This document shows positions 7,819-15,330 of a stretch of 32,000 nucleotides of DNA, in pieces. The notes beneath the pieces were generated by a model. That model was given only the letters and a program-made list of their open reading frames with translations, made no database searches and had not been told where the DNA came from. The DNA lies in NCBI RefSeq assembly GCF_000179635.2, contig NC_014833.1:750001-782000 (forward strand). Reading direction: 5' to 3'. Position 1 is the stretch's first letter; each line of letters begins with the position of its first letter. Origin of the DNA: Ruminococcus albus 7 = DSM 20455 (GTDB lineage Bacteria; Bacillota; Clostridia; Oscillospirales; Ruminococcaceae). Made by a program: the position numbers and the translations under genes.

Positions 7819-9279
7819 TTAACTGAAAACGTGCGGATTGACCTCAATATCGGTCACGGTTTTGTTGTTTGAGCCCTTGCTTGTAAAACGGCGAAGATAG
7901 CCGTATTCTTCCAGCATATCTATCGTTTCGTTAAAGTCCTGAGCGTTTTTGAACAGGGTGCATCTGCAAAGGTGGTGCAGATTGTTTTGCCTTATCTTCG
8001 TGATATGTTTTGAGCGTATTTTGGCAAGTACCCTCTCGGCTTTGACGGTTGCAAAGTCAGTGTCACCCAAGCTGTAAGCATATATCGCCTGCTCTCTGAA
8101 ATACTCGCCGATCTCAATTGCGTTGCAAAAGGTGTCCAGATCGACACGAACTTCAACAGGGTCAGAGCCGTTCAGCGCACATTTTATGCAGTGAATAATA
8201 CCGCACAAACGCAGGATAAGTCCGTGATATTTTCCGCCCCAATCCTTGCAGAAAGCCATATCGGTGACAAGCTGAGGTTCAATGTAATTGTTGTAGTAGT
8301 CAACGAACTCGCCGTAAGCCTTGCCGTCGAAGTGGAGATATTTCTCCATGTCGCTGTGGAAAGTAAACTTATCCTGCAACAGCTTGTATGTCAGATTTTT
8401 GTAGTTTTCGATGACCGCTTCGGGGACAGCCTGCGTGTCATACTTTCGTGAGCCGATATTGCTTTTCGGGAAACAGTACAGAAAACGTGCAATAAGTCCG
8501 CTGCCACGAAATGCCGTGTTGTTTATCATGCTGTCGAACACATAGGGCTGACAAGCAAGGCAAACGCTCATGTAAGGCTTTTTGAGGACAATACTCGCTC
8601 GTGTCGCTCTGTCGCTGATGAACGTTTCGCCGTTCCAGCACTTCAAAAGCAGGTCAATGTTGGGAACGTTGTTGCTGTAACGTCCGCTGAAATTACCGAG
8701 CATTCCTGCTTCATCGGAGATCATCAGCAAGGTGTTATTTTCTTCAAGCAGACGTACCAGCGATTCAGGTGTAACATCGTCCACCGCTATCCTGCGGAAG
8801 TTGCTCTGAGGGATATTGCTGAGGTCGGTTTGCAGCTTGGCTATCTCCTCGGCAGTAACATCATCTTTCTTTTCAAGAGCGAGCATCTTGCTTTCCAACA
8901 GCTTGCGTTCAGCCTGCGACTTGAAAATATCCTGCTTGTTGCTCTCGTTCCAGTCGTGGGCGAATGTGGCGTAGGGACGCTTCACAAGAGAAATAACAGG
9001 CGATTTCTTAAAGCTCGGCTCTGCAACGGTTAGGGAGTAAAGCACCAGTGGCTCGGTGTGGTCACGCTTGGCAGACATTCTGTAAACTCCCGAAAAGCAG
9101 TAGCTTACCGCCGAGAGTATGGAAGTTCCTGCCATTGCAACGTCTGTTGAGGTTGTAGTCGCTATCGCCTGTGCCATGTCTCCTATAATAGGCGGCAGAG
9201 CGTTCACAGGGAACAGCAGGAGGTTTGTCCCGTCGGGACGGAGGGGTGTGGGGGTTGCCCACAGTGTTTCATTGTTCAA
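7819..9279 (-). CDS. DUF3987-like protein (putative replication/primase-helicase-associated IME protein)
   Basis: 486 aa with a TTG start at 9279 preceded by AAAGGACGA. It has a close paralog in IME-2. The family assignment comes from memory of DUF3987-type proteins on Firmicutes/Bacteroidetes mobilizable elements and is not verified. Confidence 0.75.
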   Translation of the reverse strand: MNNETLWATPTPLRPDGTNLLLFPVNALPPIIGDMAQAIATTTSTDVAMAGTSILSAVSYCFSGVYRMSAKRDHTEPLVLYSLTVAEPSFKKSPVISLVKRPYATFAHDWNESNKQDIFKSQAERKLLESKMLALEKKDDVTAEEIAKLQTDLSNIPQSNFRRIAVDDVTPESLVRLLEENNTLLMISDEAGMLGNFSGRYSNNVPNIDLLLKCWNGETFISDRATRASIVLKKPYMSVCLACQPYVFDSMINNTAFRGSGLIARFLYCFPKSNIGSRKYDTQAVPEAVIENYKNLTYKLLQDKFTFHSDMEKYLHFDGKAYGEFVDYYNNYIEPQLVTDMAFCKDWGGKYHGLILRLCGIIHCIKCALNGSDPVEVRVDLDTFCNAIEIGEYFREQAIYAYSLGDTDFATVKAERVLAKIRSKHITKIRQNNLHHLCRCTLFKNAQDFNETIDMLEEYGYLRRFTSKGSNNKTVTDIEVNPHVFS

Positions 9280-9480
9280 CGATCGATCATCGTCCTTTCG
9301 TTTGATATTTTATAAAGCGCTTTATAATAGTTGCGGTCAACATGAGGTATGTTGTTCCGCTGTCAGCTTTCTTTCTCTTGCTGACATGAACATTGTACCA
9401 TACGAAACGATAGCAAATCAAACGTAATTCGTATATACTGTAAAATATACGGTAAATTTTAAAAAAATACGCAAATAGTC

Positions 9481-9509
9481 TTGACAAGATACCGTATCAA
9501 GCGTATAAT
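9481..9509 (+). promoter_or_regulatory. Promoter of the Cys-rich backbone ORF (IME-1)
   Basis: TTGACA (9481-9486), 17-nt spacer, TATAAT (9504-9509). Flanked by the 12-bp inverted repeat TCGTATATACTG / CAGTATATACGA (9429-9440 / 9510-9521). Confidence 0.6.
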
Positions 9510-9557
9510 CAGTATATACGAATATATAAGTTATCGTATCAAGGGAGAGGTTGGAAT

Positions 9558-10553
9558 ATGCTGTTATACCGTATAAATGAAAAAGACCGCACCGTGAGTA
9601 TCGTGTGGTCTATCAATAAAAATGAACTTCTGTCGGCTTCTGAAAAAGAAAAGGTCTATACGTTTGATGAGATACTGTCCCAGCTTGAAGATTTTCGCAA
9701 CAATCGCAGTGAGATATTTGAAAATCTCCGTATCACTATGATGAGCGGTCTGAACGAGCGTATCAAGGTTCAGGATCTTGTAAAAAATGTCGGGTCTGCT
9801 GTTATCCAAAACAGTGACAACGTATTTTTCAAGTATTACAGTAATCTGCTTACGGTAGCTTATATGAACATCGGTGAGCCTATCCTGATGCCGAAGGACT
9901 ATGTCAAGGAGAGATTCAACCATAAAAAGTTGGTGGAAACGGCAAGAGCTGAGCTTCAGAAGCAGTTTGACGAGATATTGCAGGCTATGAACGATGAGCG
10001 TAATTTTGACTACTCGGCTACGGGAGAAATACTGGTCGCTACTCAGAGGTCACAGCTTGCTGTCATTCGCACCGAGAACACCAACATCGTGTATCGTGTT
10101 GCCGATAAACCGCTGCTCACTTTCTTCTATGAATTCAGTTTCGCAGTGTTTAATGCCGGACTTAAAGTTTGTGAGTGCAGGTTCTGTCACCGCCATTTTC
10201 TTGGGACGGAAGAAGCTGTGTGCTGTGAACGTGAAGAATGTCTTGCTGAAAATAAAAGGCTGAAAAATCAGATGATAAGGGAGAAACGTAAAAACAGCGA
10301 CTACACTCGTGACATGGATAATTACACCGCCTATGTCAGAAATAAGAAAAAAGATTTGAGGATAGCCAAAGTCAGCCCATACGTCATGGACGAGTTTGAT
10401 GATCTGAAAAAGAAATGCAAGGCTGTCGTTGACAGCAAGCTGGCGGAATGTGTTGAATTCGGATTGCCTGTTGCAGAGCTGGCTCATACGATCGAAGAAC
10501 AGGAAGCTGTTATCAAGGCTTTCAGGGATAAGGCGTTGGCGGAGAATAGGTGA
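9558..10553 (+). CDS. Conserved IME backbone protein with Cys-rich (zinc-binding-like) motif, function unknown
   Basis: 331 aa, RBS GGGAGAGG. Motif CECRFCHRHFLGTEEAVCCEREEC. The IME-2 paralog (24905-25924) shares YRINE.DRT and CECGFCHKLFLGTEGEVCC. Confidence 0.8.
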   Translation: MLLYRINEKDRTVSIVWSINKNELLSASEKEKVYTFDEILSQLEDFRNNRSEIFENLRITMMSGLNERIKVQDLVKNVGSAVIQNSDNVFFKYYSNLLTVAYMNIGEPILMPKDYVKERFNHKKLVETARAELQKQFDEILQAMNDERNFDYSATGEILVATQRSQLAVIRTENTNIVYRVADKPLLTFFYEFSFAVFNAGLKVCECRFCHRHFLGTEEAVCCEREECLAENKRLKNQMIREKRKNSDYTRDMDNYTAYVRNKKKDLRIAKVSPYVMDEFDDLKKKCKAVVDSKLAECVEFGLPVAELAHTIEEQEAVIKAFRDKALAENR

Positions 10554-10627
10554 TGAGGGAGACTTTGATTCCGGTGGATCCAAAGTTACAATTTAATGAA
10601 AAATGGCGGAAATAATAGCCGAAAGCA

Positions 10628-10656
10628 TTGATCTTTAGCTCTCTTTGTGCTATAAT
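10628..10656 (+). promoter_or_regulatory. Cargo promoter of IME-1 (extended -10)
   Basis: TTGATC (10628-10633), 17-nt spacer, TGcTATAAT (-10 at 10651-10656). The block TTGTG(C/T)TATAATGTAA(A/T)TTGGA is conserved at 26007-26030 in IME-2. Confidence 0.6.
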
Positions 10657-10705
10657 GTAAATTGGACATTGATAACTATAATTAGGCTGTTTTAGGGTGA
10701 TTGAA

Positions 10706-11584
10706 ATGTACACAACTGTAAAACCTTTTATAAAGTGGGCAGGCGGCAAAAGCCAGCTTCTTGAAGAAATAAGAAAGAAATACCCTGCCAAGATCGAACG
10801 TTACTGTGAACCGTTTGTCGGCGGCGGAGCAGTGCTTCTTGATGTGCTTGCAAATTTTCAGCCAAAGGAAGTGCTGATAAACGACATCAATCCCGAACTG
10901 ACAAATACCTATATTCAGGTAAGAGATAATGCTGAAAGTATTATTGCCACACTTTCAGAGATGCAGGGCGATTTTTGGGATATGAATGATGAAAAGCGTA
11001 AAGAATACTTTTATTCTCAGCGAGAGCGCTTTAATGAACTTATAAAGCAAAGTGCATCGACTGAAGAAAAAGCTGCTTTATTTATTTTTATTAACAAGAC
11101 TTGCTTTAACGGACTTTATAGAGTCAATGGCAAAGGGCTGTACAATGTTCCTATGGGGGCATATAAAAAACCGCCTATTTGCGATGCTGAAAATATTCGC
11201 ACAATAAGCGAACTTCTAAAAAGAGTAGACGTTCACTGCGGCGATTATAGTGAATGCGAATCATTTATTACTGATAATGCTTTTGTCTACATAGATCCGC
11301 CATACCGCCCATTGAATGCAACTTCATCTTTTACCTCTTACGCCAAAACAGAGTTCGGCGATGAACAGCAGATACAGCTTGGACATTTCATTGAAAAGAT
11401 TTCTGAAAAGGGTGCTAAGGTTGTAGCGAGTAATTCTGATCCGCATAATACAGATGAAAATGATAATTTCTTTGATGATATTTACAAGATGTTTTTCATC
11501 GACAGAGTTGCCGCTACAAGAATGATAAACAGCAAATCAAATGGTCGAGGAACAGTTAGCGAACTGCTGATTTGCAATTATTAA
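10706..11584 (+). CDS. Dam/DpnM-class N6-adenine DNA methyltransferase (GATC-type, alpha class)
   Basis: PFIKWAGGKSQLL, EPFVGGGAV (motif I) and VYIDPPY (motif IV) occur in Dam order. I prefer ATG 10706 (RBS AGGGTGA) over the track's GTG 10697. Confidence 0.9.
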   Translation: MYTTVKPFIKWAGGKSQLLEEIRKKYPAKIERYCEPFVGGGAVLLDVLANFQPKEVLINDINPELTNTYIQVRDNAESIIATLSEMQGDFWDMNDEKRKEYFYSQRERFNELIKQSASTEEKAALFIFINKTCFNGLYRVNGKGLYNVPMGAYKKPPICDAENIRTISELLKRVDVHCGDYSECESFITDNAFVYIDPPYRPLNATSSFTSYAKTEFGDEQQIQLGHFIEKISEKGAKVVASNSDPHNTDENDNFFDDIYKMFFIDRVAATRMINSKSNGRGTVSELLICNY

Positions 11585-11600
11585 AGGAAGGAGGATTTCT

Positions 11601-11774
11601 ATGCCTTACGGTGAGTACGCAGAGTGTCCTAATTGCGGAAAAACTGCTCATGGTGAAGATGAGATTGAGGAACTGTTTGGATACAGAAATATGGGCGACG
11701 GTCGCACAATACCTCAGTCGTGGTGCCGTGATTGCAGAAGCTCCGGTGGACATGATGACGATGATGATGAATAA
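11601..11774 (+). CDS. Small zinc-ribbon protein with poly-acidic tail (57 aa); not in the ORF track (below cutoff)
   Basis: My translation: MPYGEYAECPNCGKTAHGEDEIEELFGYRNMGDGRTIPQSWCRDCRSSGGHDDDDDE*. Strong RBS AAGGAAGGAGGA lies 6 nt upstream. It has CxxC...CxxC pairs and sits between the methylase and the endonuclease. Confidence 0.6.
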   Translation: MPYGEYAECPNCGKTAHGEDEIEELFGYRNMGDGRTIPQSWCRDCRSSGGHDDDDDE

Positions 11775-11867
11775 TCATCTGTTCGGATTTTGAAGTGACT
11801 GTTGGCAGCAATCATTTGATTCTGCCAACAGTTTACACCTTAATAACGTATAGGCAAGATAATCAAA

Positions 11868-12725
11868 ATGAAAAGAGATTTTAACGAATGGCTCGGTAAA
11901 TTCAGAGACAGTATAGCGAACTATGAATACTATATTGACTTTGCAAAGGTACATAAAAACGTTGACAGCATAAAGGTTGAACTTAATATTCTGAATGCCT
12001 TAATCGGCTCAAAGGATATTGAAAACGAGTTTATGCAGATAGTAAGCAAGTATCCCGAAACGCTGAAATGTATTCCTTTGTTGCTTGCTGTCAGGGCGAA
12101 TGAAATATATGCAATAGACGGTGACGGGGAATTCTCTTATAACTTCAAGAAGATGAACTACTCTCCCGAACAGTACACTGTATTTATGCGTAAAACAGGC
12201 TTGTTTGAGCTTATGGAGAAGCATATTATCCACAGCCTGGTCGATTATGCAACAGGTGTGGAAACAGGTCTTGATTCCAACGGAAGAAAAAATCGTGGCG
12301 GACATCTCATGGAAGATCTTGTTGAAAGCTTTATTGTTAAGGCCGGATATATCAAGGGTCAGAATTATTTCAAGGAGATGTACATTCACGAAATAACCGA
12401 GAAATGGGGCATCGACCTTTCTGCTATATCCAATCAGGGCAAGGCGGAAAAGCGTTTTGACTTCGTTATCAAGACCGAAAATATGATTTATGGTATTGAA
12501 ACAAACTTCTATGCAAGCGGTGGTTCAAAGCTGAATGAAACTGCAAGAAGCTATAAACAGATAGCACAGGAAGTTGATACCATTGACGGATTTACGTTCG
12601 TATGGTTCACCGACGGCAAGGGCTGGCAGAGCGCAAGACGTAACCTCGAGGAAACGTTTGATGTGCTGGATACGGTTTATTCGATTGATGATTTAGAGAA
12701 AGGAATCTTAAAAGAGGTGCTATAA
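11868..12725 (+). CDS. DpnII/MboI-family type II restriction endonuclease (GATC)
   Basis: Recalled DpnII (dpnB) similarity runs along the whole length: FNEWL...YYIDF.KV.KNV.SIKV.LNI.N.LIGSK, GVE.G.D.NGRKNR.G, RFDFVIK, NFY.SGGSKLNETARSYK, W.TDG.GW. The RBS is weak. Confidence 0.88.
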   Translation: MKRDFNEWLGKFRDSIANYEYYIDFAKVHKNVDSIKVELNILNALIGSKDIENEFMQIVSKYPETLKCIPLLLAVRANEIYAIDGDGEFSYNFKKMNYSPEQYTVFMRKTGLFELMEKHIIHSLVDYATGVETGLDSNGRKNRGGHLMEDLVESFIVKAGYIKGQNYFKEMYIHEITEKWGIDLSAISNQGKAEKRFDFVIKTENMIYGIETNFYASGGSKLNETARSYKQIAQEVDTIDGFTFVWFTDGKGWQSARRNLEETFDVLDTVYSIDDLEKGILKEVL

Positions 12726-14443
12726 TGAACATTCAGGTTAATAGAGTTGCTGGAAAACTTAAAGAATTATTTGCTGGTAAAATAGATTTATCAGATGTTA
12801 ATGGTGACAAAGATAAAGCGTTCTTATCACGGTCGTTAGCGTTATATGGCATAATGATGAACACAGACAGTGATGTAGACACTGTAATTCAGTCATTAAC
12901 AGATGGATATCATGATAATGGAATAGATGCTGTTTATTGTGATGACGATCAAAAAACAATGTATTTAATTCAATCAAAGTGGAGTAATGATGGCAATCAT
13001 TCTATTTCTCAAGGAGATACTTCTGTTTTTATTTCAGGCATTTCAAAACTCATAAATGGTGATTTTACAGGTTTTAATGAAAAATTTGAGCCGTTAAAAG
13101 TTTTTATAAATAATGCGATTTTATCTACAGATTATAAAATCAGAGCGATTATAATATATACTTCAAATCAAAAATTTTCAGATGAATGCCAAGAAGTTAT
13201 GCGTTCGTTTGTAGATAATACTAACGATGGAATTGAAATAATAAGCTATGAAGTTATTCAATTGAAAGATATCTATCAATCATTGGCAGATAAAATTAAC
13301 CGAACAATAATGTTGGAAAACGTCGGACTACAAGATTATGGTATTTTGGAAAGAAATGAACAAGAGATTGGGTATTATGGTAAAATACCAGTTAGTACAA
13401 TTGCTAATTGGTGGAAGGAATACGGAACATACCTGTTTTCCAAAAATATTAGGTACTATAAAGGTGATACTGAAGTAAATGCAGGTATAAAATCGGTTTT
13501 GATGAATGAACCAGAGAACTTTTTACTCTTCAATAACGGTATAAAAATAGTTGCTGATAAAATAAATAAAGCCCCATATGGATCTAATGGACGTAAATTT
13601 GGAGTTTTTTCTTTAGAAAATGCAAGTATAGTTAATGGCGCTCAAACCACAGGGTCTATCGGTGAAATGCTTTCCAAAATGCAAGAAAGTATTGAAAATG
13701 CTTATGTTTTAATACAGATGATAAGCTTAGAATCATTAGCAACTGATATGAACGATAAAATCACAAAGTATTCAAATACACAAAATAGGATTGAGAACAA
13801 GGATTTTGTTTCTTTAGATCCTAATCAAAGAAAACTACAACAAGACTTTGCTATGGAAGGTATTGAATACTACTATAAATCTGGCTATACAATTAAAGAC
13901 GAAGAAAAAAGCTGTAGTATTGATGATGTTGCCATTGCTATCGGTTGTGGCTTAAGTAATGTGGCACTTGTTGGTACAATCAAAAGCAATTATGGTAAAA
14001 TCTTTGAAAAAATAGACAAACCCCCATATACTGAAATTTTCGGCACTAAATACTCCACATATTTTATCTGGAATAATATTCAAATATATCGTATTTTTGA
14101 ATCAATAAACACAGATTATCAGAAAAAATCCAATAAATTACATAAGTTAATTAGTGTTCATGGAAATAGATTTTTATTGCATATATTTCTAAATGTTTTT
14201 TCGATGAAAAATAACTTAAATTCATGTTTCTTAACAGAAATAGCTCTTGATGATTTGAGAAATGATATTAGAAAGAACTTACCGCTTATCATAGACCAAC
14301 TTGTCGAAATTAAAAACAAAGATTTTACTGATTCTTATCCTGCTAATATTTTTAAAAATGGTAAAAGATGTGAAGAATTGTTTGAGAAGCTTAGTCAAAC
14401 TGATATATATATATCTATGCAGAAACAGGATGTAATGGTCTAA
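12725..14443 (+). CDS. AIPR-family abortive-infection protein
   Basis: 572 aa with GYHDNGIDAVY...LIQSKW and IVNGAQTTGS blocks typical of AIPR. The ATG overlaps the endonuclease stop (TAATG), and its own stop overlaps the next ATG (TAATG). It is visibly more AT-rich than its neighbours. Confidence 0.78.
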   Translation: MNIQVNRVAGKLKELFAGKIDLSDVNGDKDKAFLSRSLALYGIMMNTDSDVDTVIQSLTDGYHDNGIDAVYCDDDQKTMYLIQSKWSNDGNHSISQGDTSVFISGISKLINGDFTGFNEKFEPLKVFINNAILSTDYKIRAIIIYTSNQKFSDECQEVMRSFVDNTNDGIEIISYEVIQLKDIYQSLADKINRTIMLENVGLQDYGILERNEQEIGYYGKIPVSTIANWWKEYGTYLFSKNIRYYKGDTEVNAGIKSVLMNEPENFLLFNNGIKIVADKINKAPYGSNGRKFGVFSLENASIVNGAQTTGSIGEMLSKMQESIENAYVLIQMISLESLATDMNDKITKYSNTQNRIENKDFVSLDPNQRKLQQDFAMEGIEYYYKSGYTIKDEEKSCSIDDVAIAIGCGLSNVALVGTIKSNYGKIFEKIDKPPYTEIFGTKYSTYFIWNNIQIYRIFESINTDYQKKSNKLHKLISVHGNRFLLHIFLNVFSMKNNLNSCFLTEIALDDLRNDIRKNLPLIIDQLVEIKNKDFTDSYPANIFKNGKRCEELFEKLSQTDIYISMQKQDVMV

Positions 14444-15186
14444 TGAAAAAAATCAAAAAATGGGAGCCCGATGATTTTGAACTTGAAATGACTACTCACT
14501 GGTCATTTCCGAAGCGTGGGGATTGGGCAACCCACGATGCTAAGTGGCGTGGCAACTGGTCGCCATATATACCGAGAAATATCATTCTCAGATATTCGCA
14601 GGAAGGCGATTTAGTTCTTGATCAGTTTGCGGGCGGAGGTACAACCCTCGTCGAAGCTAAGCTGCTCAACAGAGATATAATCGGTGTTGACTGCAACGAT
14701 GAAGCACTCACACGCTGCCGTGAAAAGATAGATTTTGACTATCCTCCTGCACATGGCAAAGTGTTTTTGTATAAGGGCGATGCTCGTGATTTATATTTTC
14801 AGAGTGACGAGTCTGTTGACCTTATTTGCACCCACCCGCCCTATGCTGATATAATCAAATACAGCGATGGAATACCGGAGGATTTATCGCAGCTCAAAGT
14901 AAAAGACTTTCTTGAAGCTATGAAGCCTGTTGCAGCTGAGTGTTATCGTGTGCTGAAAAAAGGAAAGTTCTGTGCAGTGCTTATGGGCGATACACGTCAA
15001 AAGGGCTGTATGATACCTATGAGTTTTGACGTGATGAAGATATTTCAAGAAGCAGGATTTACGCTGAAAGAGCTTATCATCAAAGAACAGCATAACTGCA
15101 AAGCAACGGGATATTGGAAAACCAACAGCGTTAAGTACAATTTTCTGTTGATAGCACACGAATACTTATTCGTATTCAGAAAGTAA
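14443..15186 (+). CDS. Small DNA methyltransferase (N-4/N-6 methylase domain) with motif I before motif IV and no obvious target-recognition domain
   Basis: 247 aa. VLDQFAGGGTTLVEAKLLNRDIIGVD (AdoMet motif I) precedes DLICTHPPYADII (motif IV with His in the first position). Translationally coupled to the AIPR gene and followed by a strong terminator. Confidence 0.8.
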   Translation: MKKIKKWEPDDFELEMTTHWSFPKRGDWATHDAKWRGNWSPYIPRNIILRYSQEGDLVLDQFAGGGTTLVEAKLLNRDIIGVDCNDEALTRCREKIDFDYPPAHGKVFLYKGDARDLYFQSDESVDLICTHPPYADIIKYSDGIPEDLSQLKVKDFLEAMKPVAAECYRVLKKGKFCAVLMGDTRQKGCMIPMSFDVMKIFQEAGFTLKELIIKEQHNCKATGYWKTNSVKYNFLLIAHEYLFVFRK

Positions 15187-15197
15187 ATAATGGTTTT

Positions 15198-15234
15198 AAG
15201 CCGTATGTTTCACTATATGTGAAACATACGGCTT
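15198..15234 (+). terminator. Rho-independent terminator after the second methylase
   Basis: Perfect 16-bp stem AAGCCGTATGTTTCAC / GTGAAACATACGGCTT with loop TATAT, followed by TTAGTTTTAT. Confidence 0.75.
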
Positions 15235-15330
15235 TTAGTTTTATGTTATAATTATCATAGAGAAAGGGTGAGCGATGTGTTGTTTGAATCGGACGAAAAA
15301 TTGTATGCGGTTATCGGCAAAAATATAAAA

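Noticed and set aside
10050-10583. 177-aa minus-strand ORF, and other antisense ORFs inside cargo genes (12009-12389, 14884-15159, 25307-25738, 28146-28526, 28754-29200, 31351-31683)
   Set aside because: Each is embedded antisense in a gene with clear family motifs on the other strand. They lack an RBS and have skewed, low-complexity composition.
14443-15186. Calling the second methylase a DpnA ortholog to complete a classical dpnM-dpnA-dpnB cassette
   Set aside because: DpnA is a beta-class enzyme with DPPY before the FxGxG motif. This protein has the opposite motif order and an HPPY motif, and it sits after the nuclease and AIPR genes. A functional analogy remains possible, but orthology is not supported.
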